Positions 14,165 to 28,378 of a stretch of 64,000 bases of DNA are shown one piece after another. The first letter of the stretch is position 1, and every line of letters begins with the position of its first letter. The notes beneath the pieces are model-generated. The model did no database searches, had not been told where the DNA came from, and was given only the letters and a program-made list of their open reading frames with translations. A program made the translations under genes and the position numbers. The stretch comes from Microbotryum violaceum (Eukaryota), in contig CDLV01000015.1 of NCBI GenBank assembly GCA_001244265.2, forward strand, positions 372,001-436,000, read 5' to 3'.

Positions 14165-14514
14165 AACAATTCAAGAGTTTATCTGCAGCGACAATGTAGA
14201 CAGTTTCACAACATATTTTGCATTTTTCCAGATATTTGCATTCTTTCAACTGCCGTGCCTTTCTTTCTGGTCTCTGAGGTGTGGCTAAGGCTTTCCCAAC
14301 TTGCACGCTTGGGTAGATCAATGTCTCCCTCCGTCTTTTTGTTATTACCCTCCCTTGTTCGACATGATCGTAGAATGCGCGGTCCGGACCAAGTAGCCCG
14401 ACACGCGTCACGCTTCATCACGCTTCGCTTCATCACGCGTCTGTAGGGTCGCAGGCCTGTGGCTGGGCTCTCCCGCCGCAGCTCGAACGGACCTCCCCAC
14501 CGGCACTCAGCGCC

Positions 14515-15987
14515 ATGTCCACCTCGGAGCCGAGATGCGCCGCACCAATCATAGCAGAAGAGCCTACCACAGCTCCCCGTGACGCATCACCACCACCACT
14601 TCAAGCCTCGACATCCCAACATCCCTTACCCGCTGTCGCCGCCTCCGTCGCCGCTGCTGCTCGACCTCTCATCGCAGCTCACCCTCTGGTGTCGTCATGG
14701 ATCCCTCTCGAACCAGACGTCTACGCCTCCTTACGCGTGACGTTGCATGGCCAGATGTCGAAACAGATCCAATTCGCTCATTCTCAACTACTCGTACGTC
14801 GTCTATCGTCCTCGTTACCTCGAAACTAACCCTGTAACCCTGTGGGGCAAGGTTCGAACCAGACTGATTTGACGACTCCCTCCTCTCACAGACGAACAAA
14901 CCCCTCGTCATGCACGCGATGCCACCCCATCCCCCAATCACACCCACCACCGCCCCCCTCGTCACCTCAAACCACGCGACAGCCGCTCTCCCACGTCTCA
15001 TTTCGACTTGCGAGATCCTCAAACGAACCTTCAGGGACCGTCTCCTCGAACTCAAGTACGCTTCGGACGAGATCAAGACTCAATTGGGTCTGAAGGGGTG
15101 GATCAGAAATTGTAAAGGGCTGCATCAGTATACGCTATTAACGACAATGCAGAAGGTCGCGCTCGTCGGGAGGACGACCCAAATTGATCAGACGGATGGG
15201 CAAGGGGGTCGGGAGGAGGATGATTTGGTGCGCGAATGGTTACTGGGGAGTGGCAAGAAGAATTCGAGGTACGTGTATCTGCTGAGTTGTACGGATAACC
15301 AATCTCTATGATTGAAATGCTGATCGTTGCTCGGATCCCCATAGACCCAAAACGAACCAACACGCTTCACCTCTACTCATCATCGTCCTGTCGCCGTACC
15401 CGATCGAAGCACTCGCGAACGATAGAGCATTCACGTAGGTGTTCATATAGCATCAAGCTATCCAATCTTTTCGTAAGAAAGCTGACATCTCTCCTTCATT
15501 CACATGCAGCTACCAAGGCCCCGAAAAGCTACCCCGTCTCAAGCGTTCCAAACCTATCCCCGAGAAACCGATTCATGTCCAAACTACCCCACTCGAAGAA
15601 GTCGAGATGGAAGAGGGCGAGATACCTCCCGATGCACCACGACCACTACCCATTGTCACCGATACATCCTCAACGACGAAGAAGGTCAAGGTGCGACCGA
15701 ATCGGAAGAAGAAGCGCCTATTGCAAGAAGCTGCAGAGGCTTTGAGCAAGGCTAAAGAGTTGAGGAAGACCTTGCAAGGCAAAGCTACCAACTTGGGCCA
15801 GCGGCAGAGTCAAGGGAAGAAGAAGAAAGAGGGTGGGGAGCAAGGGCAACAAGTTGGGCAACCAGGGGAGAAGGGGGAGAAGCAGGTCAAGAAGAAGAAG
15901 ACGAGACGTAGTAGAGGGAAATCTTCAGGAGATGGAGCGGCGAAAACAGACGATGGGACGAAGGCGGACGGAGCAGTGAAGCAATGA
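14515..15987 (+). CDS. Hypothetical protein with Lys-rich C-terminus, multi-exon
   Basis: Chained ORFs 14515-, 14910- and 15607-15987 separated by GTACGT..AG introns; no family recognised. Confidence 0.6.
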
Positions 15988-16178
15988 CCGCACTTTCTCT
16001 TTGCAATGAAGCATGATGGGTTTCAATGTAAATTACAGGGAACTTGAGAAAGACGGAAAAAATCAAGTACGCTCTATAGTGGATGTGACTGCAAAGGACA
16101 AGGAACTGAGAGGGAGAGAGAAAGAGGAAAGAAAACAACGGATGAAAGAACAGAAGCGAACCAGCACCGCCTCATCGA

Positions 16179-19722
<3,544 letters not shown>

Positions 19723-19969
19723 GTTGCTTTGGATGACGAGTTGGTTCGAAGTGAAAGGTTCGTCTGAAAAGGGACTAGTTGAAGGGATGCGAGAACTACG
19801 AAGAGATCACCGCGGGAGGATGTGAGGGGAGAGAAATCAACTGCGGTCAGCGGCTCGGGTCGCGCATGCCGCCCAAATTCTGCGAAGGCCGGTGGCATGA
19901 CGCGCACGGACCCTCCCCATCGGCACTCGCTGGACGCCGGGGCGCGCCGGCCGCGGCCGTTCCCACAGG

Positions 19970-20281
19970 AGCAAAATGGCCACGCGCGCGAACCCGCTTA
20001 AGGATTCGCCCGAGATTACGCGCGCTTAACAGCGCTTAACGGTGCATAAGATGCGCATAAGGACGCGCATAAGAGCGCTTACGGACCGCTTTGCGTATGC
20101 AAACAAAGCGCGCGAGGAGTCTTAAGCGCGCCGTAAGTGCGCCGTAAGTGTCCCTTATCTAGGGTACACTTAACGCGCGCGCGGCTTAACGAGTGGTTAA
20201 GGGCGCTTAAGAGCAGCTTTAGGCCGCTTAACGACTGCTTTACGAGGTTTCGCGCGCTTACGCGCGTTTGGCCATTTTGCT
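19970..20281. repeat. MITE-like element with terminal inverted repeats and internal ~10-11 bp periodic motif
   Basis: AGCAAAATGGCC (19970-19981) and GGCCATTTTGCT (20270-20281); internal GCGCTTAA/GCATAA/CGTAA units; no clear TSD. Confidence 0.65.
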
Positions 20282-21425
20282 GATGCAGGGGCCAGTGGTA
20301 ACCCGGTGCTTTGCTGTGGGTCACGGTTTTGGAGCCAGAAGTACCAACCTTGATAACTTAGGCGTCAAAGAAAAACTCTTCAGAGTATCATTCTGGAACA
20401 CCACCGCTTTTAGCACTTTCCGATACGTGGCTCACTCTTGCAAAGGCTCCTCGTCACTCGCCGGCCGGCCCTAGTAGGACTAGTAGCTAGGTATGGAGAC
20501 GACCCGACAGTGGACAACCACAGCTATATCGAGGTCGAGTGTTCCGATTGAGTAGAGAACTTTCTTGATCCAAATGAGCTTGCTCTCATTCGTCCCGTAT
20601 CGCTGCGTATCCCGTACGGAAGCCCAACCGCCGTGTTCCAGTGTCCCGAGGCCAACGAGAGAAGACGACACAGATTGCGAATGCAAGACGTTGTTTCGGA
20701 GCAAGGTGAGGGACATCTGAATTCACCATTATGAGTAGGACTACGTGATGAAAAGGAAACAAAAAAACCCAAGAATGATTCAGAGGACGCACCGGCGGGC
20801 CCGCCGCCCCGGGCGCCGGCGCCGTCCTCTCGCGGCGGACTCTACCCCCCTCACAACTAGCAACTATCGAACGCGCAGCAGATGGCTCCTGTGATCAGTC
20901 CTGCTGCGAGTCCTGCTGCCCCATCTTCTATTGCGCCTTTAGCGGCTTCGCACGCACGCAATAGGCGTAGTTGTTGTCTGTTGAACGGATTGTTTTCCGG
21001 AAACTCGTCAGTTCACGCACTCGAATGCAAATTGCGCAGCGCCCCGTGTTAGACTCAAGCAACGCACCGCAGTAGTTGTACTCAAAGCATTCATTGTATA
21101 TGATAAAGGCTTGTTGGGGATTGCTGAGAACGTGATGAACAGAAGAAGGGGTCAGCTCATGTTTCGTTGAATGGCTTTGTCGATGTGCGCACGGAAGGCG
21201 GGGAAGGATGAGGTCGATGAGGCTTTCACCGCGCTGGCGTCGGCCGTCAATAGGAGTAAGAGAGCAAAGTAACTTACCCGCTACCCAGGTCGTTTTCGCT
21301 GCAAGTGAAAGCAAACTCTCCAAACTTGGAAGTGCAGGGGTAGCAGCCTTGGACCTTGAAGGGAACCTTTTGGGCGATGACGGGATCTATTTGCCAGCGT
21401 TTGGCGTCACAAAGCCTCCGCTAAA

Positions 21426-21682
21426 TGTCACAGTTATTGGTTAAGAATCTGAAGAGTTTTCTACTACGATTAGGTTTTATTTCATTATTCTAATTCTTAT
21501 TTGCTAAAAGGAAGACATTATCACCTCACAAATCTTGCCCTGGCCTTACAATCTATTAGCTTGTTTAGATTGGTCTGCGCCTGAGTGACACTTTTCTCCT
21601 TAGTCTTACTCCGTTCGCTCTCGCAACGGTTCTGACATAAGTGTCCTCAGTGCGAGATACATAGGATCCCAAATCCATCTTA
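21426..21682 (+). repeat. 5' LTR
   Basis: Starts TGTCACAGTTATTGG; direct repeat of 23170-23488; followed immediately by PBS. Confidence 0.9.
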
Positions 21683-21686
21683 GGTT

Positions 21687-22826
21687 ACGAGCCTATTCGC
21701 TGCTACCGACCTGCCTCACAGCAAGGTGGACAAGCTCCACAACTCCTTCGTCAAACTCAAGGACGAGTCCAACTATGCGTCATTGCACAAGAAGATGACT
21801 TTGCTCTTTATGGGTCACAAGGTCATGGACATCGTCCTCGGTGAAGAGGTAAAACCGCTGTCACTGCCTCGCCCGCCTGCGACCGGTACTCCCGACGCTG
21901 CGGAGCTCGATGCATCGGCCGATCGCCAGAAGCAAATTGCAACCTGGACCGATCGCGATATTTGGTCGCAGAGTCACATCATGGCAACCCTCAGTCCCGA
22001 AATCGAAGGAATGGTCACGTACTGTGAAACATCGCACCAGATGTGGGACTTGCTCGAGAAGAAGTACAGGAAGCGCGGCCACAATGCTCTCTACAGCGGC
22101 CTCGTTCGCCTACTCTCGACCAAGTACCGTGACGGCGACAACATGGACGAGCACATCACCAAGCTTCTGACCTACTCGGCAGAGCTGATGAAGATCGGCA
22201 AACCCGTTCCGGACGAGTACCTCAATGTATTCATTCTGTTCTCGCTCCCGCCTAGTTGGTCCGTCGTCAACACGCGGTACGAACAAGTCGCCGCAATCGA
22301 TGAGAAAGTAACTGTTCGTCCATCGCTTGTGGTCGAGCACATCTAATCGGAAGCCCACCGTCGTGCTACAGCCAACATGCAACTCGTTCCCATCAAAGTC
22401 TCGAGCTCATCGAACGCCGGTGCGCTCTCCGCCAACGCCCTCAAACTGTGCGACTTCTGTAACAGGAAGGGACACAATGCAGACGAGTGTTACACCAACC
22501 CGAATGGTCAAGGCTATCGACCTCCTCAAGGCAAACAGTCAAGGAAGCGTGGCAAAGCCAAATCGGTCAAGCCCGCCCAGTCATCCAACCAAGAGGCTGT
22601 GGCATTCTCCGTGATGTCAGCTGGTCAATCCGCCAAGTCTAGATTCATTATCGACTCTGGCGCGTGGAAGAACCATACCGGCGATCGTACTCAATTGACG
22701 AACTTGATCGAGGATCCGTACGAAGCCAAAACCGCAAACGGCGAATGGGTCGTCTGTCCGGGACACGGTACGCTCTCTATCGAAACTGTTGGTGGTCGAA
22801 AACTCGAGGTAAAGAAGTTTCGATAG
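21687..22826 (+). pseudogene. Copia gag-protease with ACG in place of the start ATG and in-frame TAA at 22344
   Basis: ORFs 21726-22346 and 22377-22826 are in the same frame, separated by one stop. Confidence 0.85.
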
Positions 22827-22944
22827 AGAGCGTACCGTGTCCCGGACAGACGACCCATTCGCCGTTTGCGGTTTTGGCTTCGTACGGATCCTCGATCAAG
22901 TTCGTCAATTGAGTACGATCGCCGGTATGGTTCTTCCACGCGCC
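22659..22944. repeat. Perfect inverted repeat: 129-bp arms, 28-nt spacer
   Basis: 22659-22787 is the exact reverse complement of 22816-22944; mirrored ORFs 22664+ and 22691- share peptide text. Confidence 0.97.
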
Positions 22945-23169
22945 TCAAGATCGCCTACAACCCAGCTCACCACGCTCGCACCAAGCACTTCAATGTGGTT
23001 CATCACTTCGTTCGCAAGCGCGTCACCCTTGGTGACATCAAGCTGGTCTACTGCCCAACCGATTCAATGACGGCCGACGTTCTTACAAAGGGGCTCGGTC
23101 CGATCAAGTTCGCTGCGCACCGCAAAGCGATGGGAATGGTTCAACTTTCAAAGCTCTGAACCAGGGGGA

Positions 23170-23488
23170 TGTCACAGTTATTGGTTAAGAGTCTGAAGAG
23201 TTTTCTATTACAATTAGGTTTGATATCATTATTCTAATTCTTATTTGCTAAACGGAAGATATTATCACCTCACACAAATCTTGCCCTGGCCTTACAATCT
23301 ACTAGCTTGTTTAGATTGGTCTGCGCCTGAGTGACACTTTTCTCCTTAGTCTTACTCCGTTCGCTCTCGCAACGATTCTGACATAAGTGTCCTCAGGTGA
23401 GTTGTCATTACATATATTGCTCGCTCTCGCAACGGTTCTGACATAAGTGTCCTCAGTGCGAGATACATAGCGTCCCAAATCCTTCTTA
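23170..23488 (+). repeat. 3' LTR (60 nt extra relative to the 5' LTR)
   Basis: Preceded by a purine tract; contains a duplicated TCGCTCTCGCAACG...GTGTCCTCAG unit. Confidence 0.9.
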
Positions 23489-24678
23489 CTAATGACGTAG
23501 CTCAAACCTGGGTCGCAGTTCGAGGTGCGAACCCGCTTGTCGTCCACCCAGTCGGAAAGTTTGGTACTCACTTGCGTCTTCCTGGAAGTAGCCGGGAATG
23601 GGACAGCTGGCGACACACGCCGTTGAGGAGGTACCAGCCGGGCTTGCACGACTTTGCCAGGGTGGCAGTGCAGGTCACAGAGTTGTGCTGGATGCCGGAG
23701 TGCAAGTTCTCGGGCCGTCGTTGATGTAGTAGGAACTGTCGCAACTACTCCTGGGAACGCACACGACGTCGGACAGTCGCGCCCACCAGCCGGGGAAGCA
23801 AAGAGTGGCACGATTGTTGATGTCGCACTGCTTGGCTTGCGAGTCGAGTTCGAGGCAAGAGGCGCACACGAAAGGTCCCGGCTTGCCGTAGGTACCGAGG
23901 GGGCACTTGTCGGTGGTCACGCACTTGCCGGCGTTCATAAACAAGGCTTGTCCGTTGAGTGAAGGTGCGCAGAGGTTCGCGTTGTCGATGGCATCGCAAA
24001 GCAGAACTCCGGCGGGGCAAGACGTGCATGTGTTGTCGCCGTCATCGACGAACGTGCCTTGAGGGCAGTTGGGTCCGGTGTAGCAATCGCCTTGGAACAG
24101 GTAGAGTTGCTCGCCGGTAGCGGGAAGCTTACCGCTGTGAAAGGATCGGCACGCCAGCTAGTCAATGACCAGTCTCGCTCGAGAAAGGATACCTAGCACA
24201 ACTCACCACTTCGTAGCAGCCCCGAACCCATCGGCGGTGCAAGCGAGCTCTCCCTCGTCGCAGCTCACGCAGGCCTTGAGGTAGTCGTCGGGGTAGTAGG
24301 CGCCGATCTGTCCGCACTTGGGACCTTCGACGCAATCATTCGTCGGACTCATGTAAGTCTTTTGTCCGAGGGAGTTGACACCGCAGACGAGGGCAGTGCC
24401 GTCTCCATTACCGGTGCAGGCACGCTTCGACTGTCGAAAAGTCAATGTCGACGAATTTTCGGTTCTAGCTTTGTCGAGGAATATGAAAGAGTGTTGAACT
24501 GTGTCTTCATGTCACGCACACCATATTCGTCGGTTCCAACTAACAGGCACTAATCTGATCCCTGAATTCTCAAGTGCTGCGAGGCGCGCTTCGCATCCTC
24601 GAACTCTTTCTGCTTTCCTCCCACCCGACCGCACTCAAAGCCCACCTGATCTCGACCCAGCTTTTGGACCTACAAGCT

Positions 24679-26551
24679 ATGATCGGAGTTCCCCGTCGAG
24701 TCCCCTGGAGCTCGCCGGACGAGCTGCATCAAGTGTTCAGCTGGCTCTTTGCGGGCGACGGCGATGCGGCTGTTCAACGGTATGCTATCGGTAGGGTGAG
24801 TTGATGTAAAGAAAAGGAGAGGTTGTTGCAGACAATCCCTGGACTCATGGCATACTTTGACTCTCGTCCTCTTCCAATGCTCTCACCGTCTTACCTCCAC
24901 CTGGCCACCTTGGCCCGATCGCTTCCTCGTCACGTGCCCCCGGCCGTCGCCGCCAACCACAACTCTTCACACCACCTGTAGATCAAGGTATGGATGAGCC
25001 GAGGCAACTGTCCGCACGCGATCGAATCGACGGCGTCCCTGCTAGAGCTCGTCTTACGCGATACAGCCAACGTCGGACCTTCGCAACGTCCTTCGCAGCA
25101 TGAGCTCAGGCTGGCTTACTCGATGGCGCTCATCCGGTACGCCAGAGGGAGCTGCTTTCTCTGATTATTCTGACTCAAAAAGCTGATGAGAGAACTTTGG
25201 GATCTTGTAGATTCGTCAACTCGCTCGTGGATCCACTGCAGACGACCTACTATGCCCGATCGATGGCCTCCCTCGCGGCTCAACTCGGCTTACCGCTCTG
25301 GTTCGTCGAGCTACGACACGCCGCAACACACGAGGACCTACCTGGAATCGCGGTCTTGCGTGATGCAGCCAGACAGGTCAGTCCGTAGGTACAGGAACAG
25401 ATTGACTCGCCATCGATTGCTAATGCATCAGCGACCCTGCGCAGGCTCTCGATTGGCTTTACTCCAATTACTGGATCCCAACCTTGACACCTTCATCTTC
25501 GTCCCAAACCATCAACACGATTCCTCCCATCCCAATCGACAGCCTACAACCCCTTTTAACTTCATACAAAACCCTGATGAAACGAGCCCTGCGCGACGCC
25601 TCCAAATCGAAGCAAATCCGACCTGATTTGGCACGGAGTTATCGGGCGATTCAAAGTTGGGTTGCTGAAGCCGAGTCGATGGGAAGAGGGAGGGAACGAG
25701 CTATTGAAGGACTCGTAGAGGCGTTGCTGGAAGTGGGGTGTTTGGTACCCGAAGCGAAAAAGTGAGTCGAGCACGAAAAGCGGAGAGGGCCCATCAGGTC
25801 GGTCTTCAGAGGAAGACAATTTGACGTTCGCTTTCTTTACAGGAAACGAGTCACCCCTCGAGCACCGACCTTGTCCGCCGAACTTGTAGCGATCTGGTCA
25901 CCTTTATTAGAACGGCTGGACGAGATGTTTGAAGGGTTGCAAGATGCTCTCTTGACTAGGATCGTCGAATTGTTGGGAACTTGCTCGGCGCCCGAGCGAG
26001 TGGATGGTGAGTTCGTGAGAAATAGTTGAGTATCGCTTCGCATAGTTCTTGACTAAGATGTTTTGACGCCCATAGGAACGACTCAAGTCAATCCTTTCGA
26101 TCGATCCTACTACTCGACCCTCTCAGCATGGGTCTTCCAACTCGTCAGCTTAACCGACGATACAAGCTCAATCGAAAACTTGATCAAGTCCCTCCTTATC
26201 CAAGCCAACCCTATTTCCCTCACCCTCGTCGAAACACTTTCCAACGTCAATGAAAACCTCTCCAAGATCGTCAAGCCTTTGATCGAGGTGATGAGACAGT
26301 CGGAGACGAAGGTGGCTAGTTCGATCGAGGTGGATGGTGTGGAGGATCAACTGGCCGAGATGGAGAGGAGGTTGAAACAGATGGAGGAGAAGGTCAAGTT
26401 GTCAGAGACAGCACGGAGTCCAGGACAGGCTTCTTCGTTGGCAACGAGCGGACATTCGACGATGAAGAACGGATGGACTCTGGTGCAGAGCTGGAAGCCG
26501 TGCCCCATCGGTGCTTCGGGGTCTTTAGACCTCCCACCTTTCCAAGTTTGA
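24679..26551 (+). CDS. LAS1: Las1 pre-rRNA ITS2 endoribonuclease (HEPN), multi-exon
   Basis: PRRVPW, PHAIESTA, LRLAYSMALIR|FVNSLVD, FVELRHAATHEDLP and ALDWLYSNYW. Confidence 0.93.
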
Positions 26552-26674
26552 TATTCTGATTAAACGGCTGTAATCGGTTGTCGAAATTGGCATACATCAA
26601 AATAGTACAGCATTACGAGTCCTGGATCCCAGCCGAAAGGGGAAAAGATCGAGGCGGCTTCCCCTTTCTTTCGT

Positions 26675-27804
26675 TCATCCCTGTTTCAGCTTTTTCTTCT
26701 TGCGATGATCATCCTCGCTTGTGTTCGTCGTTCCTGATAAATTGGGTGTCCCCGTCGCCGTAAGCGTCACAACATTCCCCCCACCTCCACCGCCACCATC
26801 ACCACCAACTTCGGATTCCCTCAGTCTTTTCTTCTTCTGTATAGTCGGACCCATCGCGTGCATCAGTTTTCCTTTCTTCCAGCAGCAGAAGCGTGATCCC
26901 TTTCCGCACCTTTTTCTTATTCACCGGTCCGCCCTGAACTTCCGTATCATTCTCCCACACCAACGCGTCGAAGCCAGGAATCGTGCCAGGTTTCAAAGTG
27001 AACGCATCCCTCAGGACGTCCTCATCCAAAGCTCGGAGATCGACGGCGGGTGAATCGGGGTTGAGGATCAGATGTTTGAGGTACGAGTCTTTACGAATCG
27101 CGTTCCGACCTATTGAAAATCCCCACACGGACGATCAGGTTTCTGGGGAACGGAAGGATGAGCTCCGACTCCGAATCGTCGACGAACCTGGGATATCAGC
27201 GACGAGGTACAAATACGTCTTTTCCTTCTCCGGCTTGGGCTGCCTCTGCTGCTGCTGAGTCGGATTGCCTTGTTTCCCATCATTACCCGAGCCGTTCAAT
27301 GCACCAGGCCCTAATGCACCCAATTTGATCCCACCGAACGAGATGCCGATCCTCGACGGTGCTGGATCGACCACCAGGGATTGTTTGCCTTTCCCGTTGC
27401 TATGAACTGGGTTGGGGGTGTTGGGATCTGATGTTGTGGAATTGTTGGAACCTGTTGAGGTGCTGTCTTGAGGAAGAAAAGGTCGTAGATGGGTGTCGTA
27501 CAATGGTTCGAGGTGAAAGAGGCTGATCAGGTCGCGTGAACCGCTAAGAGGAGAAGGCTTCATATCTGGGTTTCATTCATCGTACGAGATTCCGCATCAG
27601 CTTTTGCCCAATTTCAACTTTCGCACAATAAACCTTCAACTGACTAGAAGGAGCAATGAGCACCGACGCCAAATTTCGTCCTGTCGTCGTCGCGAATGCT
27701 GTCGTCGAAAGCTCAGCCCCGCCATTCAAGGTTGAGCTCAGTGTCGAAGTCGATGTGGAGGTCGACGCGATCGGTCCCAAAGGACGAGATGGACCGGCTT
27801 CCAT
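26675..27804 (-). CDS. MED19: Mediator subunit 19 (Rox3)
   Basis: LSGSRDLISLFHLEPLYD, KTYLYLVADIPG, AFTLKPG and a Lys-rich tail. Confidence 0.78.
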
Positions 27805-28378
27805 CGCTTCTAGCGCCTAGACTTGGATAGAAAGAATCCCTCCCGACTTTGGTACAGTCGCGGAGGGAGAGGATTCGATCTGGTGGGGGCGAAGACGGTC
27901 GGTAAGAACCGAGGACCGAGGCGCAAGGGACGAACGGAACGAAGGGAGGTCCAGCTATAGGCAATCTTATAAGCCCATTGCACCTGTACGGGAGCTCGAG
28001 GCTGCTCGAGTCGGGGGCCAAAAGTGCGCCCCGTGCCAGGCCCATCAGAAGGTTTACGATACGACACAACTATAGACAAAAAGCACGCCAGTACTACTAC
28101 CACTAACTTAGTTGTAATCATCCTGAAAGCTATTTTGGCGGGGCCGAAAACTGGCGAAAAGGCCTCCTGCTGACCTTCCCATTCGCCTGCTGCACACGCA
28201 CCGGCAGACCGGTCGATTCCATAAGCGGCCGCGAGCCTGAGTGCCGAGCCTCGAGTCGGCGTTTCTGAGATTCCTGGTTGTTCGCCAGTCTTGGAATTCG
28301 GATTTTATGGAGATGCGAGATTGCAACGATGTTTATTCAATCAAAACAGTAGATTACTTGTATCCAGCCGCGCCCCCA

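Larger units (their letters stand above)
21426..23488 (+). mobile_element. Internally deleted Ty1/copia LTR retrotransposon
   Basis: Two LTRs, near-TSD CTAAA/CTAAT, PBS-like GGTTACGAGCC, PPT-like AGGGGGA, gag, CCHC knuckle CDFCNRKGHNADEC, protease IIDSGA, copia RNase H tail HARTKHF...TADVLTKGL; integrase and RT absent. Confidence 0.93.
20930..24430 (-). pseudogene. Cysteine-rich (furin-like/growth-factor-receptor-type repeat) protein gene, apparently 5'-truncated, with a retroelement in one intron
   Basis: Exons with CVSCDEGELACT, CVTTDKCPLGTY...CASC and GCYPCTSKFGEFAFTCS; splice GCA A|AT CCC keeps frame across the intron containing the LTR element; no start or signal exon seen; ends approximate. 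Confidence 0.6.

Noticed and set aside
19970-20281. CRISPR-like repeat-spacer structure
   Set aside because: Unit length is only ~10-11 bp with no constant repeat plus variable spacer organisation
20330-20800. Possible gene fragment between the periodic element and the Cys-rich gene
   Set aside because: All frames are interrupted and no family is recognisable
22664-22948. Two near-identical small proteins on opposite strands
   Set aside because: An artefact of the inverted repeat, not genes
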